Shown: positions 32,166 through 42,818 of the stretch, piece by piece
Position numbering within the stretch: position 1 is the stretch's first letter
Layout of the letters: each line of letters begins with the position of its first letter
Assembly: GCA_963664115.2 (NCBI GenBank)
Contig: CAXWPJ010000010.1
Coordinates: forward strand, 448,001 to 512,000
DNA length: 64,000 bases
Direction: 5' to 3'
DNA from: Terriglobia bacterium
GTDB lineage: Bacteria > Acidobacteriota > Terriglobia > 20CM-2-55-15
Position numbers and translations under genes: made by a program
The notes under the pieces: model-generated
The model's input: only the letters and a program-made list of their open reading frames with translations
Databases searched by the model: none
What the model was told of the DNA's origin: nothing

Positions 32166-35100
32166 CCCTGAACAAGCGTGATTGACGAGGAAATGATAGT
32201 GCAATAAGAGCGGAAGTACCCGAAATACCCCCTCTCCGTGCGAAAAAAACCTTGAACAGATTCTTCGGAAAAGGAGGCATTTCAGATGAACGATTATACG
32301 CGCAAGAACATGAGGAACCGCAAGCGGCGAATCGAACGTCGGCTTGGGGACCGGCATTGGACGGATCAGGTAGAGCCGATGTTTTCGGCGAGCAACATTC
32401 AGTACGAGATGGGAGAGCGGACGCGGGGCACATCGGTTGGTGGTATCGGGACGATGCAACTGGTGGCGCGGCGGACCGGGCTGATCGAAGCCATCGACAA
32501 GGGCGTGCATGTGTTGAAGCGGCACCTGCCGTATCACGAGTCGGATCACGTGCTGAACATCGCCTACAACGCCTTGAGCGGAGGAACGTGCCTGGAAGAC
32601 ATCGAACTGCGGCGCAACGATGCGGTGTATCTGGATGCGCTGGGAGCGCAACGGATTCCGGATCCGACGACGGCGGGAGACTTCTGCCGGAGATTCGAGG
32701 AGTTATAACCGAATCTGGTGTTTGAGGGATTGAATAAGAGTGGCGTATCTGGTTGATTTGTTGTGACAAAACTTCAAAGCAACCATAGGAGATACGCCAC
32801 TGTGAGCAAGAGTAACGTGAATGGACCGGAAGGTCGAGAAACGATTGAGGATCCAGTAACAGAACTACTACGAGTTGGGGCACAGCAACTGATCCAACGC
32901 GCAGTGGAAGCCGAATTGGCAGAGCTGCTATCCCAGCACGGTGGCCGGCGAACTGAGACAGGAAACGCCGGGGTGGTACGCAACGGTTATCTGCCGGAAC
33001 GCGAACTGCAGACGGGATTGGGTCCGGTAACAGTCCAAATCCCGAAGGTCCGTGCCAAGACGGGCGAAGCTGTGACGTTCCGATCGGCCCTGGTACCACC
33101 GTACATTCGGAAGACGAAGTCGCTGGAAGCAGCGGTGCCGTGGTTGTATTTGAAAGGCGTTTCCAGCGGCGAGATGGGTGAGGCCCTAAAAGTTCTTGTC
33201 GGTCCCCAGGCGCAGGGTCTGTCGGCGAGCACGGTATCGCGGTTGAAACAGGTTTGGGGCGAACAGTACCGCCTCGGATGCGAGGAGCGTTTGGATGCAG
33301 ATCGCTGGGTCTATGTCTGGGCCGACGGCATCTACAGCGGACTTCGGGCGGAACAAACCAAGTTGTGTGCATTGGTCGTGATCGGCGTGAATGAACGCGG
33401 AGAGAAGCGTTTCCTGGCGATCGAAGACGGTGTACGGGAATCGACACAGAGTTGGCGCGAGGTCTTGTTGAAGCTGAAGTCCCGTGGGATGAATGTTCCG
33501 AAGTTGGCCATCGGTGACGGTGCGATGGGGTTCTGGGCCGCACTGGAGGAAATCTATCCCGAGACACGTCAACAACGTTGCTGGATGCACAAAGTCATGA
33601 ACGTCCTCAACTGCCTGCCCAAGTCGGTCCAGGCGAAGGCGAAACAGGCCCTGCACTCGATCTGGCAGGCCGAGACGAAGGCAGACGCCGAGAAGGCATT
33701 CGACTTGTTCATTGAAACCTATGAACCGAAGTATCCGAAAGCCACACTCTGCCTGCAGAAAGACAGAGAGGAACTGCTGGCCTTTTACGACTTTCCGGCC
33801 AAGCACTGGCAGAGCATCAGAACGACGAATCCCATTGAGTCGACCTTTGCCACCATTCGACACCGAACGAAGCGATCCAGAGGTTGCCTGACACGGGATG
33901 GCATGCTGCACATGATGTTCAAACTGGGCCAGTGCGCTGAGAACAATTGGCGACGATTACGAGGATTCGATGATCTGAGCAAGGTAATCATCGGAGTGAA
34001 ATTCAACGATGGTGTCGAAGCGACACAAGTCGATCAGGCCGCCGCTTGAATCAATCTCCTAAACACCACTTTTGACAATAACTCAGATTCGAGGCCGACG
34101 ACGTGGAGTGTCTGATGGAGGCAACCAATCAAGTCCGGCTCGGAGTCTGGCGACAGCAACCGGCGGCGTTTTTCGAAGAAGCGGTGTTGGACGCGGACGG
34201 GACACTGGCCGAAACCACGGGGGAATGCAAGCAAGGGATGGACGTGGCCTACGACGGGACGTGGGGATATCACCCGCTGATGATCTCGCTGGCCAACACC
34301 GCCGAACCGCTGTATCTGGTCAATCGTAGCGGCAACCGGCCGTCGCATGAAGGAGCCGCGGTCCGGTTCGACCAAGCCATCGCATTGTGCCGGCATGCGG
34401 GGTTTCGCCAGATCCTGCTGCGCGGGGACACGGACTTCAGCCAGACCCGGCATCTGGACGGATGGGACGACCAGCAGGTGGGTTTCATATTCGGGATTGA
34501 CGCGATGGCGAACCTGAAGGCCCGGGCCGATGAACTGGAGCCGCGCCAGTGGAAGCGCCTGGAACGGCCCGCGAAATACGACGTGGCGACCGAACCGCGC
34601 CAACGTCCCGACAACGTGAAGGAAGAGATCGTTCGGCAGCGCGGTTTCGACAATATCCGCTTGCAGGGTGAGGATGTGGCCGAGTTTCGGTATCGACCCG
34701 GAGCCTGCGATCGGGACTACCGTGTCGTCGTGGTGCGGAAGAATCTGTCGGTGGCCAAAGGAGAGCAGGTGTTGTTTGACGACATCCGGTACTTCTTCTA
34801 CATTACCAACCGTTCGGATCCGGCCGACCAGATTGTGATGCGTGCCAATCAACGGTGCAATCAGGAGAATCTCATTGAGCAGTTGAAGAACGGCGTTCAG
34901 GCGTTGCGGATGCCGGTTGGAGATCAGACCAGCAACTGGGCCTACATGGTGATCGCGTCACTGGCCTGGACACTGAAAGCGTGGTTTGCATTGCTGCTTC
35001 CCGAAACCGGACGTTGGGGCCAAAAATATCAGGCTGAGAAGCAAACCGTGCTGCGCATGGAGTTCAAAACCTTCTTGAACGCTTTCATGCTTGTGCCGTG

Positions 35101-35406
35101 CCAACTCGTGCGCACCGGGCGGCGCATTCTGTTCCGGATCCTGGCCTGGAACCGGTGGTTGCCGGTCTTGTTCCGCGGGGTGGATGTGTTGCGTCAGCCT
35201 CTGCGATGTTGACCCGATCATGACTCTGAGCCCGGGCGATCGAGGTCCCGGTTTCTGTCAACCGTCCAACACCAGCGAGGCTGAACTGAAACAGATTCAA
35301 CAGAAACTCGATACCTGGAACAGGCCATCCGGGAACGGGATTCTATGCCTCGAATTCTATCGGCGCGAACTGGGCCTCGGCGGACTGGTTATGCGCTTGT
35401 TTTGGG
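32166..35406 (+). mobile_element. IS1380 copy 4 (opposite orientation), interrupted by IS256
   Basis: Length 3241 = 1847 + 1385 + 9; flanks TCTAGT and ACTAGA. Confidence 0.9.
32700..34084 (+). mobile_element. IS256-family element, copy 1 (1385 bp; transposase 32763-34049)
   Basis: IRs GAGTTAT.../...ATAACTC; 9-bp TSD AGATTCGAG; WADG, IGDGAMG, QRCWMHK, RTTNPIES. Confidence 0.93.
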
Positions 35407-36015
35407 ACTAGACATAGAAGACACATCAACGCTCCCCCCCTACGTTTTCGGACAGAAGAGCTACCTTTTGCTGGAACATCTAATCGATGGCGTCGCCGAT
35501 GCTCGAAGCGATCGGGCATGGTTTATCGTCGCGCCTTACGGTTCAGGCAAATCAATTTTCGCCCTATTTGCGACACTTCTGTTGAGCCGTGGGCTGGACG
35601 ACGAATGGGTCAATGAATGTGCGAAAACGATTAGCGAAGATGCCCCGCTAGTTAGCAAAAAGATCAAAAAGGAGCTCATAGCATCGGACAGGCACTTAAT
35701 TCCAGTGCATGTTCACGGACAACGTGCTTCAGTGGAACGCGGCCTTCTAAAAGGTCTACAGTCAGCTATGATCGGAAGAACGGGCATATCCGGTTGGGCC
35801 CGTCCCAAAACGAAGTCCGAAGTTAAGCGTCTGTTGGCAACACACTCCCCTACCAGTGGGGATGTTATAGCTGCCTACCAGCAAGCGCTCGAAGACGCTG
35901 GGCGATCCCACACCGGGCTGACCCTCGTAGTTGACGAATTCGGTAAGCACTTAGAGGCCGCGATCTTATCACCACAGAACTCGGACATCTACGTGTTGCA
36001 AGGGCTGGTAGTGTC

Positions 36016-36894
36016 TCAGTTTGAAATTCGTTTTTTGTACGGGCCGCGTTTCTTCTGTTTCGGAGTATGCGCATCGATAAGGCCGATGATCCAGTCCATG
36101 TCGTGCAACTCGTCGCTAACGCCCGCCGCCATAGCTGGGGACACCCTCAGCGTCTTGTGAATCCGGCAGAAGTTGTAGTGGACGAAGTACAGCGCAAGCA
36201 TGTGTGCGTGGTTCTCAAGTTTCTTAGAGAATGCATTCGTAAGGCGCGTGAACCTTCGCATCGACATTCGCATCGTGAGGTTCTGCCTTTCGACATATGA
36301 CGTGCTGATGTGCTGCGGGTCAGGGTCTCCGACGATCGGTTTTGGGATCGCACCCTGACACCGAGCTGGGCTATAGCGCGTCTCAGATTCAAGTGGCGGT
36401 CCATAGAGCTTGATAAGCTGGCTGTAGTCTACGTCGCCACCGAACGCGTCCTCGACCGCCGCTAGGTACAACGCAAGCCCATCAGAGGTAAGCTGTACAC
36501 GTCCGGCCAGGCGATCCGCTAGGTCGGAAACGAACATGTAGGCCGATTCGGGATCGCGTGAACCCACAAGCCACGATACGATCAACTTGGAATCGGCATC
36601 CAGGCCTGTCCATGTCCAAGTATCACCCGCCCCAACTGGAGCTTTCTCCGCGTGTTGAACATTCTTCTGTTTTGCGTATGTGAAGGCCCAGATCTCATCT
36701 ACTTGGACCCGGCGCGAGCGAAGGCCGCGTACAGTCTCATCGTGGTAGGCGGCACATGCCTTTCCAGCATCAACTAGGAGTTTGGAGATCGTGTTTATTG
36801 ATACGTCGGTGATCCGCGAAATGGAGCGCATAGAAGACCCTTCGACCAACATGTGAAGGATTTGCGCTCTCTTGGCTGTGGGTAGCTTGTTCAC
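36016..36894 (-). CDS. IS1-family DDE transposase
   Basis: N-terminal HTH, QVDEIW, TSDG, STSYVERQNLTMRMSMRRFTRLTNAFSKK; likely GTG start at 36894. Confidence 0.85.
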   Translation of the reverse strand: MNKLPTAKRAQILHMLVEGSSMRSISRITDVSINTISKLLVDAGKACAAYHDETVRGLRSRRVQVDEIWAFTYAKQKNVQHAEKAPVGAGDTWTWTGLDADSKLIVSWLVGSRDPESAYMFVSDLADRLAGRVQLTSDGLALYLAAVEDAFGGDVDYSQLIKLYGPPLESETRYSPARCQGAIPKPIVGDPDPQHISTSYVERQNLTMRMSMRRFTRLTNAFSKKLENHAHMLALYFVHYNFCRIHKTLRVSPAMAAGVSDELHDMDWIIGLIDAHTPKQKKRGPYKKRISN

Positions 36895-36901
36895 AATCAG
36901 A

Positions 36902-36930
36902 AGGATACCAAGACCCTGCTGATTTGTCAA
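36902..36930 (-). promoter_or_regulatory. Sigma70 promoter of the IS1-type transposase
   Basis: TTGACA-17 bp-TATCCT with extended TG, 7 nt before the GTG start. Confidence 0.65.
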
Positions 36931-36975
36931 GCATTATGTCATTTTGAATAAGTGATCTCCACCGCTCCCGTTGTG

Positions 36976-38360
36976 GAGTTATAACCGAATCTGGTGTTTG
37001 AGGGATTGAATAAGAGCGGCGTATCTGGTTGATTTGTTGTGACAAAACTTCAAAGCAACCATAGGAGATACGCCACTGTGAGCAAGAGTAACGTGAATGG
37101 ACCGGAAGGTCGAGAAACGATTGAGGATCCAGTAACAGAACTACTACGAGTTGGGGCACAGCAACTGATCCAACGCGCAGTGGAAGCCGAATTGGCAGAG
37201 CTGCTATCCCAGCACGGTGGCCGGCGAACTGAGACAGGAAACGCCGGGGTGGTACGCAACGGTTATCTGCCGGAACGCGAACTGCAGACGGGATTGGGTC
37301 CGGTAACAGTCCAAATCCCGAAGGTCCGTGCCAAGACGGGCGAAGCTGTGACGTTCCGATCGGCCCTGGTACCACCGTACATTCGGAAGACGAAGTCGCT
37401 GGAAGCAGCGGTGCCGTGGTTGTATTTGAAAGGCGTTTCCAGCGGCGAGATGGGTGAGGCCCTAAAAGTTCTTGTCGGTCCCCAGGCGCAGGGTCTGTCG
37501 GCGAGCACGGTATCGCGGTTGAAACAGGTTTGGGGCGAACAGTACCGCCTCGGATGCGAGGAGCGTTTGGATGCAGATCGCTGGGTCTATGTCTGGGCCG
37601 ACGGCATCTACAGCGGACTTCGGGCGGAACAAACCAAGTTGTGTGCATTGGTCGTGATCGGCGTGAATGAACGCGGAGAGAAGCGTTTCCTGGCGATCGA
37701 AGACGGTGTACGGGAATCGACACAGAGTTGGCGCGAGGTCTTGTTGAAGCTGAAGTCCCGTGGGATGAATGTTCCGAAGTTGGCCATCGGTGACGGTGCG
37801 ATGGGGTTCTGGGCCGCACTGGAGGAAATCTATCCCGAGACACGTCAACAACGTTGCTGGATGCACAAAGTCATGAACGTCCTCAACTGCCTGCCCAAGT
37901 CGGTCCAGGCGAAGGCGAAACAGGCCCTGCACTCGATCTGGCAGGCCGAGACGAAGGCAGACGCCGAGAAGGCATTCGACTTGTTCATTGAAACCTATGA
38001 ACCGAAGTATCCGAAAGCCACACTCTGCCTGCAGAAAGACAGAGAGGAACTGCTGGCCTTTTACGACTTTCCGGCCAAGCACTGGCAGAGCATCAGAACG
38101 ACGAATCCCATTGAGTCGACCTTTGCCACCATTCGACACCGAACGAAGCGATCCAGAGGTTGCCTGACACGGGATGGCATGCTGCACATGATGTTCAAAC
38201 TGGGCCAGTGCGCTGAGAACAATTGGCGACGATTACGAGGATTCGATGATCTGAGCAAGGTAATCATCGGAGTGAAATTCAACGATGGTGTCGAAGCGAC
38301 ACAAGTCGATCAGGCCGCCGCTTGAATCAATCTCCTAAACACCACTTTTGACAATAACTC
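36976..38360 (+). mobile_element. IS256 copy 2 (transposase 37039-38325)
   Basis: Near-identical to copy 1; flanked by direct TCCCGTTGTG. Confidence 0.93.
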
Positions 38361-38783
38361 TCCCGTTGTGCCATTGTAGCTCATCCGGAAATTCCGGAGG
38401 AACGTCCTACCTAGCAACGCTGAATGGACTTGGCCTCCTTTCCTCAGGTCAACACCTGCGAACATGCCATATATGGTGAATTGAATCGCAGGAACGTGAA
38501 CCTGTGCCATGTAGACATTAGCCATGCTCGGCCCGCTGATTCCAGCGATCTGTTTTTTATCGACTATAGGCAGGCCTAAAGATGCCGCGATCAGGTTATC
38601 TATGCAGGACTCAGTTGCGCCAGTGTCGACCAGTGCATGGACGCCAGCAATGCCAGGCTTAGGTTTGGGATGTGATTTGTTAGGTTTCCAAGCAGAGTCA
38701 AATCCAATATCAACTGAGACGGTCGGCCCAATTTGAACCAACAATCGTTGCTCTCCAAAACCACATTCTATCTTCTTAGGCAA
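38310..38783 (-). CDS. Retropepsin-like aspartyl protease (C-terminus altered by IS256)
   Basis: ALVDTGATES and LLGRTFL motifs; native tail AVEITYSK* lies at 36939-36965. Confidence 0.82.
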   Translation of the reverse strand: MPKKIECGFGEQRLLVQIGPTVSVDIGFDSAWKPNKSHPKPKPGIAGVHALVDTGATESCIDNLIAASLGLPIVDKKQIAGISGPSMANVYMAQVHVPAIQFTIYGMFAGVDLRKGGQVHSALLGRTFLRNFRMSYNGTTGELLSKVVFRRLIQAAA

Positions 38784-39012
38784 AGCGGTACATTACAGAT
38801 GCTGGGAGGGTGATCTCGCTTACACCAATCATTCGGATAAGGTATGGCCCATGACCAAAATTCCGAACGGCGTCTTCCGCTGCAGCATCAAACGACGGGT
38901 ACGTCCCGATCAGTTGCCCCCCGTGGACGACTACCCATTCACCCATGTGGTCCGCTTCGAGATCGGCGCGCATCTCTTCGTACGCTTGAATCTCTGCGTC
39001 TAATTCAGACAT
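38776..39012 (-). CDS. DUF5678-like small protein
   Basis: LEADHMGEWVVVHGGQLIG...A pattern; coupled to the protease gene. Confidence 0.7.
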   Translation of the reverse strand: MSELDAEIQAYEEMRADLEADHMGEWVVVHGGQLIGTYPSFDAAAEDAVRNFGHGPYLIRMIGVSEITLPASVMYRFA

Positions 39013-39041
39013 ATGGCCTCCAAGCTAGGTGCCGAAAATTT

Positions 39042-39278
39042 TTATTCTTGGGAGTTCTTATCCCATCGCGCCGCTGCACCAACACGTGCGATTTCTTGTC
39101 GACGTTTCTCAGGAAGTGCTTTGGCACGGGCCTTCCCGCCGATATTGCCTCCAGCAGCGCGTGCAGCCACGCGCTTTTCGATCCGACCCTCAATCTCTCC
39201 GGTGGCGATCTTGGCGACCGTCACGGCACACCCGACCACGTCGGCTGGCCTTTTTTGCCCCTGTGGTCCTCGTGGCAT
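39042..39278 (-). CDS. Small basic accessory protein of the IS1-type element
   Basis: RBS GGAGGTGA; GPQGQKRPAD...KIATGE, GGKARAKAL...RQEIA...AAAARW. Confidence 0.72.
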   Translation of the reverse strand: MPRGPQGQKRPADVVGCAVTVAKIATGEIEGRIEKRVAARAAGGNIGGKARAKALPEKRRQEIARVGAAARWDKNSQE

Positions 39279-39920
39279 TTGCTCACCTCCAACAAATCAG
39301 GGATCGGCAGGATAACATGGTTGGACAGATCAGGTCCACCTACGACCGAGTGTATCAAATTATATAGACGGATCAGGTCATTTTTGGGATGCATGGGATT
39401 TCAAACTGAGACACTACCCAAGGGCTAGCCGAACTCGCAGCACGATCGACCCCCACCCAGTTCCACTTTTGGCTTCTCGCACACCAAAGCATGGACCAGT
39501 ACGCCACCGGTTTGCCGACACACCAAAAGCAGGAATGGGCAAAGATCCAAGGCCGATTCAGAGAATATGATTTCACGGCAGATCCGACAGCTTCATACCG
39601 CTCCGTTGTCGAATGTATTGATCGAGCAAAAGATCCAGAACTTGATATACCTATTCGGAAGATAGCCAACAAGCAGAGAAGCCAGTCGGCTTCGTACCCG
39701 GCGTTCGGAAAATCCGGGGACAAAAGTTACTGGGAAGCTCTGTTTTATGACACCTATCCATTGCATCCGGTAACTTTGTTCGTGCTCCCACGCCTAGCGA
39801 GCAAAGCCGGACAAAATGAGCGCACCATTTACAGTTTTCTCTGCTCCCACGAACCTAATGGCTTACCCGAATTTCTGTCCACGCGCCGTTGGAACCGACG
39901 CCAAGCGCCATACCTGACAG

Positions 39921-41410
39921 TGTAGCCCGTCAGAGCATTTCGTACGAAATACCCTAAAAAACTAAGAGACACTTTTCTAATCAGAACGATCTGAAGGAGG
40001 ATCGAATGAGTGAGAAAGTGTCGGCAGAGAATCGGGTACGAGAGATTCGTCGAAAGACGCGCAAGAAGTACTCGTCTGAGGAGAAAGTGCGGATCGTGTT
40101 GGAAGGGTTGCGAGGCGAAGAGAGCATCGCAGAACTGTGCCGACGCGAAGGGATTCCGTCAAATCTGTATTACCGGTGGAGCAAGGACTTCCTGGAGGCG
40201 GGGAAGAAACGGCTGGCTGGGGACACGAAGCGGGAAGCGACATCGAGCGAAGTCACCGAGTTGCGGCAGGAAAACGATCAGTTGAAGCAGGTCGTGGCCG
40301 AAATACTGCTAAAGAATCGTTTTCTGAAAAAAACGTTGAACGTAACGGACTCCGAGAGCATCGATATATGAGGCAATCGGGATCTGAGAAGCTGGAGACG
40401 ATCCGAGTGGTGGAAGACTCGGAGTTGTCGGTGACAGCGACCCTCCGGGAGCTGGGCGTCCCCCGCAGCACGTTCTACGGTTGGTATCGACGATACAAAG
40501 AGCGTGGCGCAGCCGGCTTGTTAGATCGGCATTCCGGCCCCGGCTTCTGCTGGAACCGGATTCCGGGACCGGTGCGGGAACAGGTGGTCGAAACCGCGTT
40601 GAACCACCCGGAAGCCTCACCGCGGGAACTGGCCTGGCAGATCACCGACACCCAGGACTACTTCATCTCCGAATCCAGCGTGTATCGGATTCTGAAGAGA
40701 TGCGACCTGATCACCAGTCCCGCATACATCGTGATGACGGCCAGCGATCACTTCCAGCAGCCAACCCGGCGTGTGAACGAACTCTGGCAAACTGATTTCA
40801 CTTACTTCAGGGTCGTCGGTTGGGGTTGGTACTACCTGTCGACCGTGCTGGACGATTACTCTCGCTACATCATCGCCTGGAAGCTCTTTCAAACCATGGC
40901 CGCATCTGACGTTCAGGACACGCTGGACGTTGCACTACAGGCGACAGATGTCGGACAAGTACAAGTCCGGCACCGACCGCGATTGTTGAGCGACAACGGC
41001 CCCTGCTACGTATCGCACGAACTCAAAGACTATTTACAACGTCGTGGTATGGAACACACCCGGGGTGCGCCCTATCACCCGATGACACAGGGCAAGATCG
41101 AACGCTATCACCGTTCGATGAAGAACGTGGTCAAGTTGGAACACTACTATTATCCGTGGGAACTTGAGCAGGCGATCGCGCAATGGGTCGAACACTACAA
41201 CCACCATCGGTATCACGAATCTCTGAACAACGTGACACCGGCTGACGTGTTCTTCGGGAGGGATCAGCAGATCCTTGCACGTCGTGACCAGATCAAAAGA
41301 AAAACGCTGGCTCGACGCAAAATCGAGAACCTTAGGATTGGAGTGGTATAACTTCAAAACCGTCTCTTAGCTAAATGGTCTTTTTGTCCGAATTATTCTG
41401 ACGACGTACA
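39921..41410 (+). mobile_element. IS3-family element D (orfA 40006-40371, orfB 40368-41351)
   Basis: TG...CA imperfect IRs, A7 slippery run at about 40327, WQTDFTY, SDNG, GKIERYH; no TSD visible. Confidence 0.88.
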
Positions 41411-41866
41411 CTAATACTCGATCCTCGAAGGGCCATTGCTCAGGAGTGCCGCTCAAGTGGGACAGAATCTCTTTCCCGTTAGCACGGGCTAGACCCATCG
41501 TCTTTGGAAGGCACGAGTCGAAATATCCATGTTCGAATACAAGCTTTGATTCAATCTTCGTTTTGATCCTTGCTTCTTGCAAGGTGGAAGCCTGGGCTTC
41601 TAACTTTTGATTCATACGACGAGACATGCTCACCATTATGCCACTGTCAGGGTCACGTGTACCATGGGCTAAAATAGGGCTGGGCATGCTCAAAATCATT
41701 CCAAACGTGGTGGCCCGTGTGCCGGTGCCCTGATTTGGTTCTCGACGCCTGAGAAATCCTGTTCTCGGACCTTGAGAATTTCAGGAAACGCTAGCCAGAA
41801 CTCGGCCCCGCGTTACCCCGGAAGGAAAAGCCCGAGATCATCCCCAATCTAACTTATTGATTAAAT

Positions 41867-41914
41867 TGATGAGCCCTGAAGGAATCGAACCTTCGACCTA
41901 CTGATTACGAGTCA
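41867..41914 (-). other. 3' half of a tRNA (att-site-like remnant)
   Basis: Minus strand TGACTCGTAATCAGTAGGTCGAAGGTTCGATTCCTTCAGGGCTCATCA: anticodon arm, T arm and acceptor 3' strand; no 5' half. Confidence 0.8.
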
Positions 41915-42038
41915 CGCGCCTTTTGGACGCCCAATCGCTCCAAATTCACGGCTAGTTTGCCTCCCCATCGTAAACTAGAGCTGCCCCCTTTCCCCCCGAC
42001 GCCCTTTTCCGGCGACCGCCCTTCCCTCTCATCTATTA

Positions 42039-42818
42039 ATGATCAATGTACCGTTGACTCTTTTCCCCAGCGCCCCCCACCACATCGTCCCCAGAGGCCG
42101 CTCCCACGAGCCCATCTTCTGGGACGACACCGATTACCGCTGCTTCCTCCGCATCATGCGCACGGCGTCTGAGGAAAGCGGTCTTAAAATATGGACATAT
42201 GCATTAATGCGAAACCACGTCCACATGATCGCGGTGCCCGAAGATCGCGCATCTATTTCCCGGGCGATGGCCAAGGCCCTTCCCGAATACGCGGAATCGT
42301 TTCGGCAGCGGCACCAGATTACGGAAGATCTGTGGCACCGGCGGTGCCACTCCGTGGCGGTCCAGACACGCTACTTGTGGAAGGCGATCCGTTACGTCGA
42401 GCGCAATCCCGTCCGGGCCGGGATCGTCGGACGCGCGGAGGACTATCGCTGGTCGAGCGCGGCCTATCATTGTGGGCTTCGGGATTCGGATCCCCTTGTC
42501 AGTAGCGTGTCTCCATTAAAAGGCTCGGTGGGCGACTGGTCCGCCTGGCTTGCGGAGCCGGATTGCGATCCTCGGTTGGTCTATCTGCGGCGGAAGAATT
42601 GGGAGTCGCAAGAGGAGGGCAAACCGGAAGTCATCGGGTTTCTGGAACGTGAGCTTGATCGACGGATATTGTGGAAGGAGAAAACGTATTGGAGGCTGGA
42701 ATCCGTGTTATCGGAGAGCGCCTCTAACCTAAAAATCCCTCACGGCAGACCCCCCTGTCGAATCTCACGTCGAACCGCCCGGAACACTTCCTCAAACTCC
42801 GGCAGCTGTGCCATCTGA
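42039..42818 (+). CDS. HUH/Y1 REP-associated tyrosine transposase-like protein (RAYT), copy 1; native tail replaced after about 42670
   Basis: PHHI..RG, YALMRNHVH (HUH), RYVERNPVRAG (catalytic Tyr), YRWSS. Confidence 0.85.
   Translation: MINVPLTLFPSAPHHIVPRGRSHEPIFWDDTDYRCFLRIMRTASEESGLKIWTYALMRNHVHMIAVPEDRASISRAMAKALPEYAESFRQRHQITEDLWHRRCHSVAVQTRYLWKAIRYVERNPVRAGIVGRAEDYRWSSAAYHCGLRDSDPLVSSVSPLKGSVGDWSAWLAEPDCDPRLVYLRRKNWESQEEGKPEVIGFLERELDRRILWKEKTYWRLESVLSESASNLKIPHGRPPCRISRRTARNTSSNSGSCAI

Larger units (their letters stand above)
36007..39418 (-). mobile_element. IS1-family (ISMhu11-like) element carrying passenger genes
   Basis: Perfect 21-bp TIR GGTAGTGTCTCAGTTTGAAAT; 8-bp TSD CAAGGGCT (35999-36006, 39419-39426). 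Confidence 0.88.
35407..39920 (+). pseudogene. Large P-loop ATPase resembling SspC-type defence ATPases; pieces 35407-36006 and 39427-39920
   Basis: APYGSGKS, VVDEFGKHLE, DIYVLQGLAE (rejoined across the TSD), HQ, EWAKIQGRF, YPLHP, QNERTIYSFL. Confidence 0.6.

Noticed and set aside
8631-35412. Variable terminal nucleotide of the IS1380 ends
   Set aside because: Better explained as part of a 6-bp NCTAGN duplication shuffled by recombination
41367-41699. ORF next to the att-like site as an integrase fragment
   Set aside because: No tyrosine or serine recombinase motifs recognisable in the frames examined
41867-41945. Complete tRNA gene
   Set aside because: No D arm or 5' acceptor strand beyond 41914
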